A DNA stretch of 64,000 nucleotides from Octopus vulgaris (lineage: Eukaryota): positions 23,250,001 through 23,314,000 of the forward strand of contig OX597827.1 of assembly GCA_951406725.2 (NCBI GenBank), read 5' to 3'. A program made the translations under genes and the position numbers. Shown here in pieces: positions 1-12,525 of this stretch; the first letter of the stretch is position 1; every line of letters starts with the position of its first letter. The notes beneath the pieces are model-generated. The model saw nothing but the letters and a program-made list of their open reading frames with translations. It was not told the DNA's origin and did no database searches.

Positions 1-1394
1 GTGCCAAAATTTGAAGCCAATAATATAAAAGTAAAATGTCTATTGATATATATTTATGTTAAAAATGCTGTAATTCCATTCAAATTGTCCATTTTTTTTG
101 TGTTTGTGTCTGTTTTGCACACAATTTCTCTCCATTGTTGTTGGTTTATAAGAACACGAGTAAATAGTCAATGGGTTTGAGTCATGAGGACGACTGATTG
201 AATTTGGCTTCTAAAAAAATTTTGGAAGAGAAACATTTTAAAAGTTTCTATTCGTTCTTTTTCTCCAACTGTTTGCTTTCACTATTGATGAGTATTGCTA
301 CCCAACATTGTTTACACCACAGACATCAAAACATCTGCTCGAAAGTTCGTCAGATGTGACACTTGATGCAATTTTCATCTTTCAAAATTGATTTTAGGTC
401 AAAGAAAATTGATATTCCTTTCAGGATAACATCTGTCTGTGTTTTGTTTGTTTTTTGGGCAACACTCTGTCCATACATGTTTTCATTATCGTGGTTTGTA
501 AAGATTGTATTTTATTGAGCAAACATTGTGTATGATAACATCAGAACATATAATATTTCATTTCCAAACAACCAGTATTTTCAGCTGTTGTATTTTCTTC
601 TTTTTCAATGCATTTACGAAAGATATCTTTAGCTGATACTTGGTTTTTTAAACAGACACCCAATCTGTTATCCTTTATAACTGAGAGATCTTTACATAAT
701 ATATTTGATGATTAGGAGAGTAATGCTACAGTTGTAAGTAACAGATGTAAATGCTACACATGCTCACCTGTATATTATACACAGGGTGTGATCTTCTCTT
801 AAGAACTGGTAGCAAAGGATGTTAAATAGAAATGTAATTATATTAGTCTTGTTATGTTAGAGGAGTGTCTTGATTGTGATGGTTTATATTAAGGATCATC
901 ATCATCATTGTTTTAACATCCACTTTTCCATGCTGGCATGGGTCGGATGGAAATTTGCTAAGGCAGATTTGCTATGGCTCAATGCTCTTCCTGTTGCCAA
1001 CCCTCACCTGTTTCCCAGTGACAAGTGAGGTAGTATTCCACCCACTGACCAGACATGTCTCAGAAGATAGGAAATGAAGGATGCTGCTTATCTACATATG
1101 TATATATACGACAGGCTTCTTTCAGTTTCCGCCTCCCAAATCCTCTCAGAAGACTTTGGTCGGCACAGGGCTATATAGTAACAGTCACTTGGCCAAGGTG
1201 CAACACAGTGGGACTAAACCTGGAACCAAGTGGTTGGAAAGCAACCTTCCTGACCACACCCCCACCTTTCCACTGATTGTCCACTATGGAGTCAGTTGAC
1301 CGTTTTTGTTTCCCATCTTCAGGAAATGTGTCTTCCCCCCCCACTCCTGAAATACTCTCACCTTCATCTTACACACAATAATGTCTTCTTTTGT

Positions 1395-1752
1395 TTTCGT
1401 CTTGTACTTGTTTCAGTCATTTTGTGGTGGCCATGCTGGGGTACTGCCTTCAAGAATTGACCCCAGCACTTTTTTTAAGTCTGGTATTTATTTTATTGGG
1501 TTTCTTTTGCTGAACTGCTAAGTTAAGGGGATGTAAACACACCAACACTGGTTGTCAAGCAATGGTGAGGGACAAACAAACGCACACACACAGAGGACGG
1601 GCTTCTTTCAGTTTTTGTCTACCATATCCACTCACAAGGCTTTGGTCAGCCCAAGGCTATAGAAGACACTTGCCCAAGGTGCCACGCAGTGGAACTGAAC
1701 CCAGAACCATGTGGTTGGGAAGCAAGCTACTTACCACCCAGCCAACCCTATG
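1395..1752 (-). mobile_element. tRNA-derived CORE-type SINE (family A); a partial copy also at ~1090-1262
   Basis: Reverse complement of the family seen intact at 28638-29068, including the CORE-like gcaccttgggcaagtgtctt. Confidence 0.75.
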
Positions 1753-2076
1753 CCTCACATATTAGCCTTTTCTTTTTATACTTTTATTTCCAAATCTACT
1801 GCAACCTATTTTTGAACTGTTTTGAAGGTCACCCATTATTTCTATATTTTCTGGGCACAGTTAAGAAGTTTGTTCTAAAATCACAAGGTACTTGGTTCAA
1901 TGTCATTGAACAGGACCTAGGTAAGAGTCTTCTGTTTTAGCCAGAGATTGACCCGAATCTTATAAATGAAATTATGTAAATGGAGACTGTGTGGAAGCTT
2001 CTCAGCTAGACTCTACATGAAATTTAAAAGTGCAAGCCTCATCACACAGTCTGCTTTTAAATCTAGGACACATCAA

Positions 2077-2628
2077 AAATCAAAATCAAAATCAAATTCG
2101 ATGACTGGCATCCGTGCTAGCGGGGTGCAAAGAGCACCATACGAGTGTGATCATTGACAGAGCGGCTAACCGGCTTCCATGCCAGTGACACTTAAAAGGC
2201 ACCATTTGAGCGTGATCGTTACCAGCGTCGCCTTACTGGCACTTGAGCCCTCTGCTAGTAGGGTATTAAGAGCACCATCCAAGTGTGATCATTGCCAGAC
2301 CAGCTATCTAGCCTCCGTGCTGGTGGCACGTAAAAGGCACCATTCGAGTGTGATCGTTACTAGCATCGCCTTACTGGCACCTGTGCCAGTGGCATGTGTA
2401 AAAGATTTGAGCGAGGTCATTGCCAGTATCACCTGACTGGCCCCGTGCTGGTGGCACATAAAAGCACCCACTACACTCTCGGAGTGGTTGGTGTTAGGAA
2501 GGGCATCCAGCTGTAGAAACTCTGCCAGATCAAGATTGAAGCCTGGTGCAGCCATCTGGCTCGCCAGCCCTCAGTCATTTGTCCAACCCATGCCAGCATG
2601 GAAAGCGGACGTTAAACGATGATGATGA
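2077..2628 (+). mobile_element. 3' UTR/tail of RTE-clade LINE
   Basis: Same sequence as the 3' UTR attached to the RTE ORF at 16895-18102, ending ggacgttaaacgatgatgatg. Other copies at ~895-1060(-), 2850-3042, 6430-6693, 7046-7380(-), 7800-8051, 8248-8645, 9520-9727, 13385-13783, 16640-16894, 21015-21106. Confidence 0.8.
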
Positions 2629-2727
2629 TCTGTCTGGAACTTTCATCCTGGTATGTTTCTTATTCAGTGAGTATGTAGCTCTGGAATATTCTGCAAGGAA
2701 ACCAATCTGAGATCTGTTTACTTTCAG

Positions 2728-2816
2728 GGACTACAATTGATGTATTCCGTGGTAAGGCAGCTGTTAGGGAACAAGAAGAAGAGAAATATCCAACACAACT
2801 TGGCAAAACTATCAAA
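2728..2816 (+). CDS. SMU1: SMU1 internal exon (first in window; N-terminal LisH/CTLH exons lie upstream of the window)
   Basis: tttcag|GG...AAA|gtaagt; translates (G)TTIDVFRGKAAVREQEEEKYPTQLGKTIK, matching the SMU1 segment [23 protein letters not shown] as recalled. Confidence 0.93.
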
Positions 2817-3605
2817 GTAAGTGCTTTTCCTCTTTTCTTTATCTTCGGTGCTTGTACCATGTCAAAAGTACCCAGTCCACCCCGTTAAATTGGTTGGTGT
2901 TAGGAAGGGTATCCAGTTATAGAAACCATATCAAAACGGACAACTGGAGCCTGGTGCAGCTGTCCAGCCTTGCGAGCTCCCGTCAAATTGTCAAATCCAT
3001 ACCAACATGGAAAATGGATGTTAAAGGATAAAGATGATGATGAAGAATAATGGTGGTTCTTTTTTATAGTTCCAATCCATTATGGTTTGCCAGGCCAAAA
3101 TAAATATAGATGTCTCTGAGATGCATAAAACCTGTTTTCATAGTAATAAGTAGATCAGGGAAAAATATTTTATTAGCTCGGGGACCAGTTTGTCACTGGT
3201 ATTATTTCTCAGGAACTGGAACCTATCCCCATTGAAGTGAGTTGGTCTTATTGGGCCAGTATTTATTTCCATTTCCATAGTTCTTTAATTTGTTTCCACT
3301 CGTGGTTTACACCATAATGGAGCACAGTCTTTAACATGAAGATGAGCAATAAATCTCTCTCCTCCTGGATACAACTGTGCATCAAAGCTATACATGTATA
3401 TTGTATTTATTTCTTCAGACACCAATCTATCATGGCTACGTAATATGCTGCTTATTCCTGCTGACTCTTAGTGAACCATTGCTGTAAAGAATTCAATGTT
3501 CAGTCCGAAACACAAAAGAATATTTTGCAAAGGATTGGAATTCAAGCCTTTTCAGTTGGTCATCCGATTATGCACCTCAGCTACTTTTTAGGGGAAGAAA
3601 GAATA

Positions 3606-3812
3606 CAGTAATCCCTTGACTGTTGCACGTGTTACTTTCTAACCCCCGCCCCCCACGAAATAATTAAAATCTAAAAATATATAAATACCTATCAGTTGCA
3701 GAAACCTGGATATGCTGAGGAGTCTGTGATATAAATTTACATCTATTGGCCAGAAAATCAGCAACGTACTGAGTGTGTGATAGGTGGACTGTGGTATGGT
3801 GAGGGATTAGTG
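3606..3812. mobile_element. Tc1/pogo(Tigger)-type MITE
   Basis: TA-CAGTAATCCCT ... AGGGATTAGTG-TA: 11-bp terminal inverted repeat with one mismatch and TA on both sides. Confidence 0.55.
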
Positions 3813-4096
3813 TATAGGGTTTCATACTGTAGGGAGAGAAGGTATAGAGCCTTTTGGTAGAGTCTTTTAGTAGAGTCTTTTGGTAGAGTCTTTCAGTAGA
3901 CTATCCTGTGAATATAGGGAATTAAGAAGTAGAATAAAAGTGGAGTGTATTCTTTTTCTTGACCTTTGGAAGTATGAAAGGAATAACCAGTTGACTTCAT
4001 CTGTTTCTGTACTATTGAGATTCGAACTCACTCACATGGAACTAAATGTTAAAAGACATCCTGCTGAGTTACTATTAAAATAATAATAATGATAAT

Positions 4097-4308
4097 CCTT
4101 TCTACTATAGGCGCAAGGCCTGAAATTTGGGGGAGGGGGATAGTTGATTGCATTGACCCCAGTACACAACTGGTACTTAATCTATCAACCCTGAAAGGAT
4201 GAAAGGCAAAGTCGACCTCGGCGGAATTTGAACTCAGAATGTAGCGACAGGCGAAATACTGCTAAGAATTTAGCCTGGCGTGCTAATAAGTCTGCCAGCT
4301 CACCACCT
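4097..4308 (-). mobile_element. tRNA-derived SINE (family B) inserted in (TAA)n
   Basis: Reverse complement of the family at 22033-22263 (B box GAGTTCAAATTCC; central gtcgactttgcctttcatcctttc). Confidence 0.8.
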
Positions 4309-4507
4309 TAATAATAATAATAATAATAATGTTAATTATTTCTAATTCTGGCACAAGGCCAGCATTTTAGGGAAGGGGTTCAGTACTTTATTTAACTACA
4401 GAAGGACAAAAGACTAATGATTGAAACAAATGAAAGATAAAAGGTAACAAAACCAACAAAATAGTCGTACTTATTAAAATCTATGAATCTGTTTTTCTTA
4501 TTTACAG

Positions 4508-4648
4508 TTTGGTCAGAAAGCCCATGTGGAATGTGGTCGATTCTCCCCAGATGGTCAGTTCCTTGTAACCGGTTCCGTTGATGGCTTTATTGAAGTCTGG
4601 AATTTCTCAACTGGCAAAATCAGGAAAGATTTGCGATATCAAGCCCAG
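4508..4648 (+). CDS. SMU1: SMU1 exon (WD40 repeat 1)
   Basis: ttacag|TTT...CAG|gtaaaa; 141 nt, [47 protein letters not shown]. Confidence 0.97.
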
Positions 4649-4731
4649 GTAAAAGTCTTGTATTAACATTGTGTACTGGGCCTCTTTTGATGATTTCTGT
4701 GACAGCATATCATTATTGACAATATCTCCCT

Positions 4732-4829
4732 CTGTCAATCCGTCAAAAATGACATTGACATTATTTGTGTCAATAGTATTCTGTCAATCCGTCAAAAATA
4801 GCATTGACATTATTTGTGTCAATAGTATT
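4732..4829. repeat. 49-bp tandem duplication in a short SMU1 intron
   Basis: 4732-4780 and 4781-4829 differ at only 2 nt; each contains the inverted repeat ATTGACA...TGTCAAT. Confidence 0.9.
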
Positions 4830-4879
4830 CATGTATCTCTTCTCACCAAATGATGCAAGTTTACATGTCATGTTTTTAA

Positions 4880-5047
<168 letters not shown>

Positions 5048-5319
5048 TAAAAGGAACTATAAAAATAAACCATTTAATGATTTTTTGCATAATTGAAGTG
5101 AAGGGGCTAAGTTGATATAGTCCCCTACCAACTTAGAGGCCTTGAGTTCAAATTCACTGTTAGGGTTTTATTGTATATTTCAGCAGAGAACATAACTTGG
5201 TCAGTGAATAAATCCAAAGTTTTTGGTGGCATTGCTCACTATATCTAGAATTGTCTCCCCTGTCTTCACAAGAATTGATAGTTTAGGAAAATAGTTTTTC
5301 TCATTGCTAAATTTATAAT

Positions 5320-5650
5320 TTTAGTTGAGAGAAAAGTTGGGCATATGAAGAATCAAATGCAGGAGAGAAGACTACGTTGATTTGGACATGTGGATGAAGA
5401 CAGCTGTATAAAGAAGTGGTGGTCATTGGAAGTAGATGGCACTTGTGGAAGAGGGAGATCGAGGACGATGTGGGATGAAGTGGTGAGGACCAATCTCAGG
5501 ATGTTGGGGCTCACAGAGGAAATGACAATGGACTGAGGTGTCTGGCAATATGAGGTTCTGAAGAAGACCCACCCATGTCAGCAAAACTAGATGTCTGATG
5601 ATATGAGGTTCTAGAGAAGACCCACCCATGTCAGCAAAACTGAGTGCTAG
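5320..5650 (+). mobile_element. degenerate RTE LINE C-terminal fragment
   Basis: Broken translation QERRLR*FGHV...GTCGRGRSRTMWDEVV, homologous to ORF 16936-17397. Confidence 0.7.
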
Positions 5651-6048
5651 AGGTGTTGTGTTCTACCCGCACATAACGATAGAATTATCACATACCCTAC
5701 CCCAACAAACTAAATTACATCTCGTCTTCTAAGCTGCATCTCTTCTTTTCCTCATCCTTCCGCATCCAGCTGCAAAAACCATGCCAAAACTGACCTCAAT
5801 TGTGCTGATGCCATGTAAAAAGCACTCAGCCCACTCTGCGGTGTGGTTGGTGTCAGGAAGAGCATCCAGCTGTAAAAACTATGCCAAAACAGACACAGAA
5901 GTCTGGTGCAGTCGATAAATTAAGTACCAGTGAAACACTGGGGTTGATATTAGTCCCCCCCCCCCCCGCAAATTTCTTTGTGCCTGTTGTAGATAGAATT
6001 ATTAATATTATTTTACATCTTCATTGTATTTCATTTCAATTTTGACAG

Positions 6049-6176
6049 GTTTGGAAAATCTTAACAGGTCAGTGTCTGCGTAAATTTGAGAGGGCTCACA
6101 CCAAAGGTGTAACATGTGTGACCTTTTCTCGGGACAATAGCCAGCTGTTGAGTGCCTCTTTTGACCAAAGTATCAG
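6049..6176 (+). CDS. SMU1: SMU1 exon
   Basis: tgacag|GTT...AG|gtgagt; 128 nt, [42 protein letters not shown](R). Confidence 0.97.
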
Positions 6177-6278
6177 GTGAGTTTGCTTTCTGGTATTGGT
6201 TTATGGAAAGGCATGACTATCCTCTCATCACATTTCTTTTGAAAATATCCCTCACCATCGTGTGCGTGTGTATATTTC

Positions 6279-6338
<60 letters not shown>

Positions 6339-8705
6339 GAGGCAATGACGAAAGACCAAGATCTCTGGAAATATGCTGTGACTGCAAAGACCTGACAAAT
6401 AACGTGAGTTCATGTCTGTTTCCTGCACCATCTGAACGTGGCCGACGCCAGCACCTGGCTTCTGTGCCGGTGGCACGTAAAAAGCACCAACCAATCGTGG
6501 CCGTTGCCAGCCTCCCCTGGCACGTAAAAAGTACCCACTACACTCATGGAGTAGTTTGCATTAGGAAGGGCATCCAGCTGTAGAAACACTGCCAGATCAG
6601 ACTAGAGCCTGGTGCAGCCTCCTGGATTCCCAGACCCCGGTCGAATCGTCCAACCCATGCCAGCATGGAAAATGGACGTTAAACGATGATGATGGTAAAT
6701 GACAATGGAACAGAACGTCATCAGCTGTTTCTGCAATAAGATGCAAAGCACTGTTCGTCAAGTGCTTTATCACCTGATAGCTTTGTTGGAGCTTTAAAAC
6801 AGTTTTTAAAGCTCTGACAAAGCTATAAGGTGAATCACAAGCACTCAGCTTATAAGTACATTGCATATTATAGCAGAAACAGCTGTAAGCTAATGAAGTC
6901 TATTATATAATTTCTTGTTCCCTTGGCAGTTATATAATCATTTATTATGTTCAGTACTTGACTAATGCTTTATTCTGAAGCTTAGGTATATTGAGTTCTA
7001 ACACCAGGTTAATAACATTGCTATACCTAAGTGAAATAATACATACATCATCATCATCATCCTCATCGTCATTTAACATCCGTTGTCTATGCTGGAATGG
7101 GTTGGACGGTTTGACTAGGGCTGACATGCTGGAAGGCTGCACCAGACTCCAGTCTGATTTGGCATGGTTTTCTATGGCTGGATGCTCTTCCTAGAGCCAG
7201 CCACTCCAAGAGTGTAATGGGTATTTTTATGTGCCACTGGCATGGGTGCCATTTGCATGACGCTGGTATCTACCACGACTGCGATTTTGCTTAGCTTGAT
7301 GGGTCTTCTTCTCTAGCACGACATAATGCCTAAAGTCTCAGTCATTGCCTCCATGAGGCCCAACATTCGAAAGGAACTCAGTAATCAATACAGGTATGAC
7401 TGATTGACTTTTGGTACAACTCTTGTATGTATATGTGTGGTGTGTGTGTTTGCATGTATGTGTACGGTTGTGTGAGTGGGAATGGTTAAATGGCTGAGAA
7501 GTTCACTTTTCACTCATGAGGTCCTCAGTCTGATTCCACTGTGTGGCACTTTGGCTGAGTATCTTTCATCAGAGACTTGTCTTGGGCCAAACCATGTGAG
7601 TGATCTTGTGTACTTGGAAACTGTGTGGATGGATTGCATCTGAGAGCCATCCTTGGCATACACTGTGTCTCATAGATTTTTTAAAAAATTTTACTTTAAG
7701 GGTATATATGTCTGGAATACTCATCCACCTGTTATAATTCAGTCGATTGAACAACTAGAATCTTAAAAGCAGCTGAAGATCCATTTATAAATGATTGACA
7801 TCGTCGCCAGTGCTGCTAGACTGGCTCCTGTGCAGGTGGCATGTAAAAAGCACCATTTGGGCATGGCCGTTACCAGTACCACCAAACTGGCACGTAAAAG
7901 CACCCACTACACTCTCGGAGTGGTTGGCGTTAGGAAGGGCACCCAGCTGTAGAAACTCTGCCAGATCAAGATTGGAGTCTGGTTCGCCAGACCTCAGTCA
8001 AACCGCCCAACCCATGCTAGCATGGGAAGCAGACGTTAAATGATGATGATGTGTCTATGTACACACACACACACACACACATTATACAACTGCCTAAGTA
8101 ATATTTAGTGCAGTCAGAAGAAATATATATGTATGAGATAAGATATTTACATAGTCGACCAGTTTCACTTTTGCTAATTATGACTAAATGGTTAGTGATA
8201 ATGTTACAATTTATAATTTCATGCTATCATAAGTATTTTATTCCCTTGGCTTACTGGCACTTGAGCCCCGTGCTAGTAGGGTGCTAAGAGCACCATCCGA
8301 GCGGGATCGTTGCCAGAGCGGCTAACTGGCTTCCATGCTGGTGGCACATAAAAGCACCATTCGAGCGTGATCATTACCAGCATCGCCTTACTGGCACCTG
8401 TGCCAGTGGCACATGTAAAAACATTCTAGCGAGGTCGTTGCCAGTACCACCTGACTGGCCCCCGTGTTGGTGGCACGTAAAAGCACCCACTACACTCTCG
8501 GAGAGGTTGGCGTTAGGAAGGGCATCCAGCTGTAGAAGCTCTGCCAGATCAAGATTGGAGCCTGGTGCAGCCATCTAGTTCGCCAGCCCTCAGTCAAATC
8601 GTCCAACCCATGCCAGCATGGAAAGCAGACGTTAAACGATGATGGTGATGGTGGTGGTGGTAGGAAAACAGGTTTCTGTACATATGTCCATGTATGCATT
8701 CATTC

Positions 8706-8742
<37 letters not shown>

Positions 8743-8779
8743 AGTGGGAGATATTTATATGTGTGTTTTATATTTTCAG

Positions 8780-8881
8780 AATTCATGGTTTAAAATCTGG
8801 TAAAACTCTCAAAGAATTTCGTGGCCATCTGTCATTTGTTAATGATGCTGTATTTACCCAGGACGGATACCATGTCATCAG
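8780..8881 (+). CDS. SMU1: SMU1 exon
   Basis: tttcag|A...AG|gtgatt; 102 nt, (R)[33 protein letters not shown](S); phases match both neighbouring exons. Confidence 0.96.
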
Positions 8882-9041
8882 GTGATTTGAACTCTAAACC
8901 CTGTTTACTGCTGTTTGTTTGCCCTCCCCACCCATACGACATATATTTCTATATACAAACATTGTTATGCCAGTTTTTTTAAAATTCCGTAAAGGATGAC
9001 AGGGTTTCTGGTTGTGTCATTGGAAGGAAGAATAAGGATTA

Positions 9042-9400
9042 TCTCTATATATATGGTAAAATGTCTGCGTGTATGTCCTTTATACAAATCCACATTTTTC
9101 AGTTTGAGGGCTCGCACTTTCTATGGTCATTCAAAACCGTCCAAGAGTGGTCGTGCACATCTTTACATTTCCCCAGTCATCCCACAAAGCCATGAAAAAA
9201 TCAATAGAAGAGATTCTTTTGTGAATTTTCTATCCAAAACCCAATCAAAATGCCCGAAACTTGATATGCCAATTGAATGCCAGCTAGCTGTATGTGATTG
9301 GTCGGAGATTTGGACTGTACTCGCATGTATGTGCGCACGCACGCAGCTGTATATGCATGCACTAGCAGTATTACCCGGCGTTGCCGGGTCATAGTGCTAG
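9042..9400 (+). mobile_element. non-autonomous Helitron in an SMU1 intron
   Basis: Inserted between A and T; 5' TC(TCTATATATA); subterminal hairpin CCCGGC-gtt-GCCGGG; 3' CTAG; second copy at 21116-21441(-). Confidence 0.85.
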
Positions 9401-10045
9401 TTGTTTATAATATTATTTTACAGGTAAAGACACTTTTAACGTAATGAAAATTAAACGTCAAAATAGAAAAAGGAAGGTTTATAACAACAATGATGATAAC
9501 CATCATTTTTTGTTTGGCAAGCGCTGGTGCCATGTAAAAAGGACTAGTACTGGTGCCACATAAAAAGCACCTGGTACACTCTGTAAAGTGGTTGGCATTA
9601 GGAAAGGCATCTAGCTGTAGAAACCATGACAGAACAGATAGTGGAACCTGATGTGGCTCCTGGCCTTGTCAACTCCTGCCAAATTGTGCCACCCATGCCA
9701 GCATGGAAAACTGGACATTAAATGATGGTGGATGCGAAAATCAGTTGAATATTGGTCGGAATGTCTTTTAGAGCGATATGAATGGATAGTAGGAGTTGAC
9801 TTTACATTTGATCTTTCTGGGAGTTGAGAAAATAGATATTAGTTAAGCATTGGGTTAAACCATCTTTGGAAAAGCCAAAGGGTCATGGGTCAGTAGAGCG
9901 GCACAAATGCTCCTTCTTTCTATTCTGAATTCAATTTCTGCCAGAGTTGATATTCTTTGGAGGTTGGTTCTATGTACCAATTAAGTATTGTGGTTTGCAA
10001 GAATTATCTCTCATCTCTTAGCTTCAAAATCAAGGCATTGTACTT

Positions 10046-10253
10046 GAGCTGGCAGAATCATTAGCATGCTGGCAATGTTCAGTGGCATTTCATGTCTTCA
10101 TGTGCTGAGTTCAAATCCTGCCATGGTTAGCTTTGCCTCTCATCCTGTCTGGGTCGATAAAATAAGTACCACTCAAGCACTACCCCCACCGCCCAATTTC
10201 AGGCCTTGTACCTTTTGTAGAAAGGATTATTATTATTGTTGTTGTTGTTGTTG
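10046..10253 (+). mobile_element. family B SINE abutting an SMU1 3' splice site
   Basis: gagctggcagaatcattagc...gagttcaaatcc...gtcgataaaataagtacca...aggccttgtacc...gaaagg followed by a (TTA)n(TTG)n tail. Confidence 0.8.
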
Positions 10254-10259
10254 TTACAG

Positions 10260-10452
10260 TGCCAGCTCTGATGGAACCATAAAGATCTGGAATGTCAAAA
10301 GTACGGAATGTCAGAACACATTCAAGTCCCTGGGTGGTTCCACTGGGACCGACATAACAGTCCACAGTGTGCACCCATTGTTACGTAACATGGAGCAGTT
10401 TGTTGTGTGTAACAGATCTAATACAGTGGCCATCATGAATATGTCTGGACAG
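10260..10452 (+). CDS. SMU1: SMU1 exon
   Basis: ttacag|T...CAG|gtaagt; 193 nt, (S)[64 protein letters not shown]. Confidence 0.97.
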
Positions 10453-11002
10453 GTAAGTCTTGCTTTCTCTCTGTCTATCACTCACCTCTCTATTTTCCTC
10501 GGTCATTCACTACGTTCACCCTTCAACTTATCCAATCCCATTGATGTCCCATATTCCTCCCTACCTTTCCTCTAACCCTTATTTATTATTGTCCATCTCT
10601 CAATCCTTGTTCTTCATTTATATTCGTTTTCTCACCTGGTCCCCATCTTTTCCCGTCCCTCACTCATACATTCCAGGCATTGAAACTCTTCAGCCATCTG
10701 CATTCTAACAATTTCTCCTCTTTGGGAATCTGATGAGTCACACATTTTAACTTTTATAACTATACAAGAGAGAAAAAAAAAAAGGGAACCTGGAGCTTTG
10801 TCATGAGGTACAAGGCATGCGTATGATTTGTGACTTTTGCAGAAGATGCACAACTCCTTGGATTTCAAGTCTGTTTGAAGCTCTGTAAGTCAACAAAGAC
10901 TACCTTTTAGAATCCAACTACGTATAACAGTCTAGCTGAAATCTGGGATAGGCTAAAATTCTAAATCCAAAGAAACTGGTAATTGTACAAAGGTGAATTT
11001 GA

Positions 11003-11487
11003 TAAAGTTCAATCATTTGGTTTCCTTTAAGGAGTACAAAAGCCAATGTTTTGGGCCATTTTTTCCCTCCCCATCTTCTCTCTAGCTCTCTTACTCTTGT
11101 ATGAAGGGCAAAGTCTAAAAAATGTACTTTATGCCCCTCATAGCAAATTTCTTTGACTTTGCCCTTCATACAAGAGTAAGAGAGCTAGAGAGAAGTTGGG
11201 GAAAAAATGGGCCAAAACATTGACTTTTGTACTCCTTAACCCTTTAGCGTTCATATTAATTTGGCAAAAATAATCTTTATTTATTCACATTTAAAAAAAT
11301 TTAACTGATATTATTTTGTAGCTTCAAGCCAGGAAAGATGTAATTGCTTATTTTTAGAATGACATTGCAGGGTAGGTGTGAGATGTTGGTTCTGGCCAGT
11401 TTGAGCATAAAATGTGTAGAATATTTGGGCCGGATACAGCCGGTTTAAACACTAAAGGATTAAAGGAAACCAAATGATTGAACTTTA
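11003..11487. mobile_element. foldback (long-TIR) element with a nested piggyBac-type MITE
   Basis: ~115-bp inverted arms: 11003-11118 versus 11155-11239 plus 11464-11487. The right arm is split at TTAA by 11240-11459, which has CCCTTTAGCGTT/AACACTAAAGGA ends and a duplicated TTAA. Confidence 0.8.
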
Positions 11488-11779
11488 AGGATAACATAAT
11501 TTTACATTTAACAGAATTATTGACAATATGGCAATAGACTGACAACTCCTGTCTTTCGTGGCTTGATAAAATGTTTTCAGTAATAATTTCTAACATATGC
11601 ACAAGGTTAGGCATTTTAGAGAATGATATATATACATATATAAAATTTAATTCAAGTATATACTAACCTTGTGAAGGATTGGTTGTATCCAAGGAAATAC
11701 TGGTTCAGTACCTAGTCTTGTTGGGGAATGAAATTCCCTTAAAACAATAGGTATATATTAAGCATATAGTTTATATACA

Positions 11780-12525
11780 GATCATCATCATTGAACATCT
11801 GCTTTCCATGTTGGCATGAGTTGGACGGTCTGATTGAGGACTGGCAAGCTAGAAGGTTGCATCAGGCTCCAATCTGATCTGGCAAAGTTTCTACAGCTGG
11901 ATGCTCTTCCTAATACCAACCACTCTGAGAGTGTAGTGTGTGCTTTTTATGAGCCACCATTATGGTGGCCAGTCAGGCGGGACTGGCATCGACCATGCTT
12001 GAATGGTGCTTTTTATGTGCCACCAGCACGGGAGCCAGTCAGGCGGGACTGGCATCTGCCACGACTACGATTTCGCTTGACTCAACACATCTTCTCAAGC
12101 ACAGCATATTGCCCGATGAGTGAAGGGTGCTTTTAAATGGCCTGGTTATGTGACACTGGCATCGGCCACAGCTACGATCTCACTTGACTTGCCGGGTCTT
12201 CTCAATCACAGCATGTCTCCAAAAGTCTCAGTTGTTTATCATTGCCTCTGTGAGGCCCAACGTTCGAAGGTCATGCTTCACTACCTCATTCCATGTCTTC
12301 CTGGGTCTACCTCTTCCACAGGTTCCCTCCACTTTTCGGGTGTGACACTTCTTCATATACCTGTCCTCATCCATACGTAACACACGACCATACCAGTGCA
12401 ATTGTCTCTCTTGCATGCCACATCTGATGCTTCTTATGTCCCAATTTTTCTTTCAGAGCGCTTACACTCTGTTGTGTATGCACACACTGACATTACACAT
12501 CCAGTAGAGCATATTGGCTTCATTT
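11780..12525 (-). mobile_element. 5'-truncated RTE LINE
   Basis: ORF 12228-12416 QERQLHWYGRVLRMDEDRYMKKC...GRGRPRKTWNEVVKHDL followed by the family 3' UTR and (GAT)n tail. Confidence 0.85.

Noticed and set aside
4686-4860. Intronic C/D snoRNA (TGATGA near 4688)
   Set aside because: No appropriately placed D box (CTGA) or terminal stem.
10066-10575. 169-aa ORF as a standalone gene
   Set aside because: Only 10260-10452 is the SMU1 exon; the rest is SINE and intron read-through.
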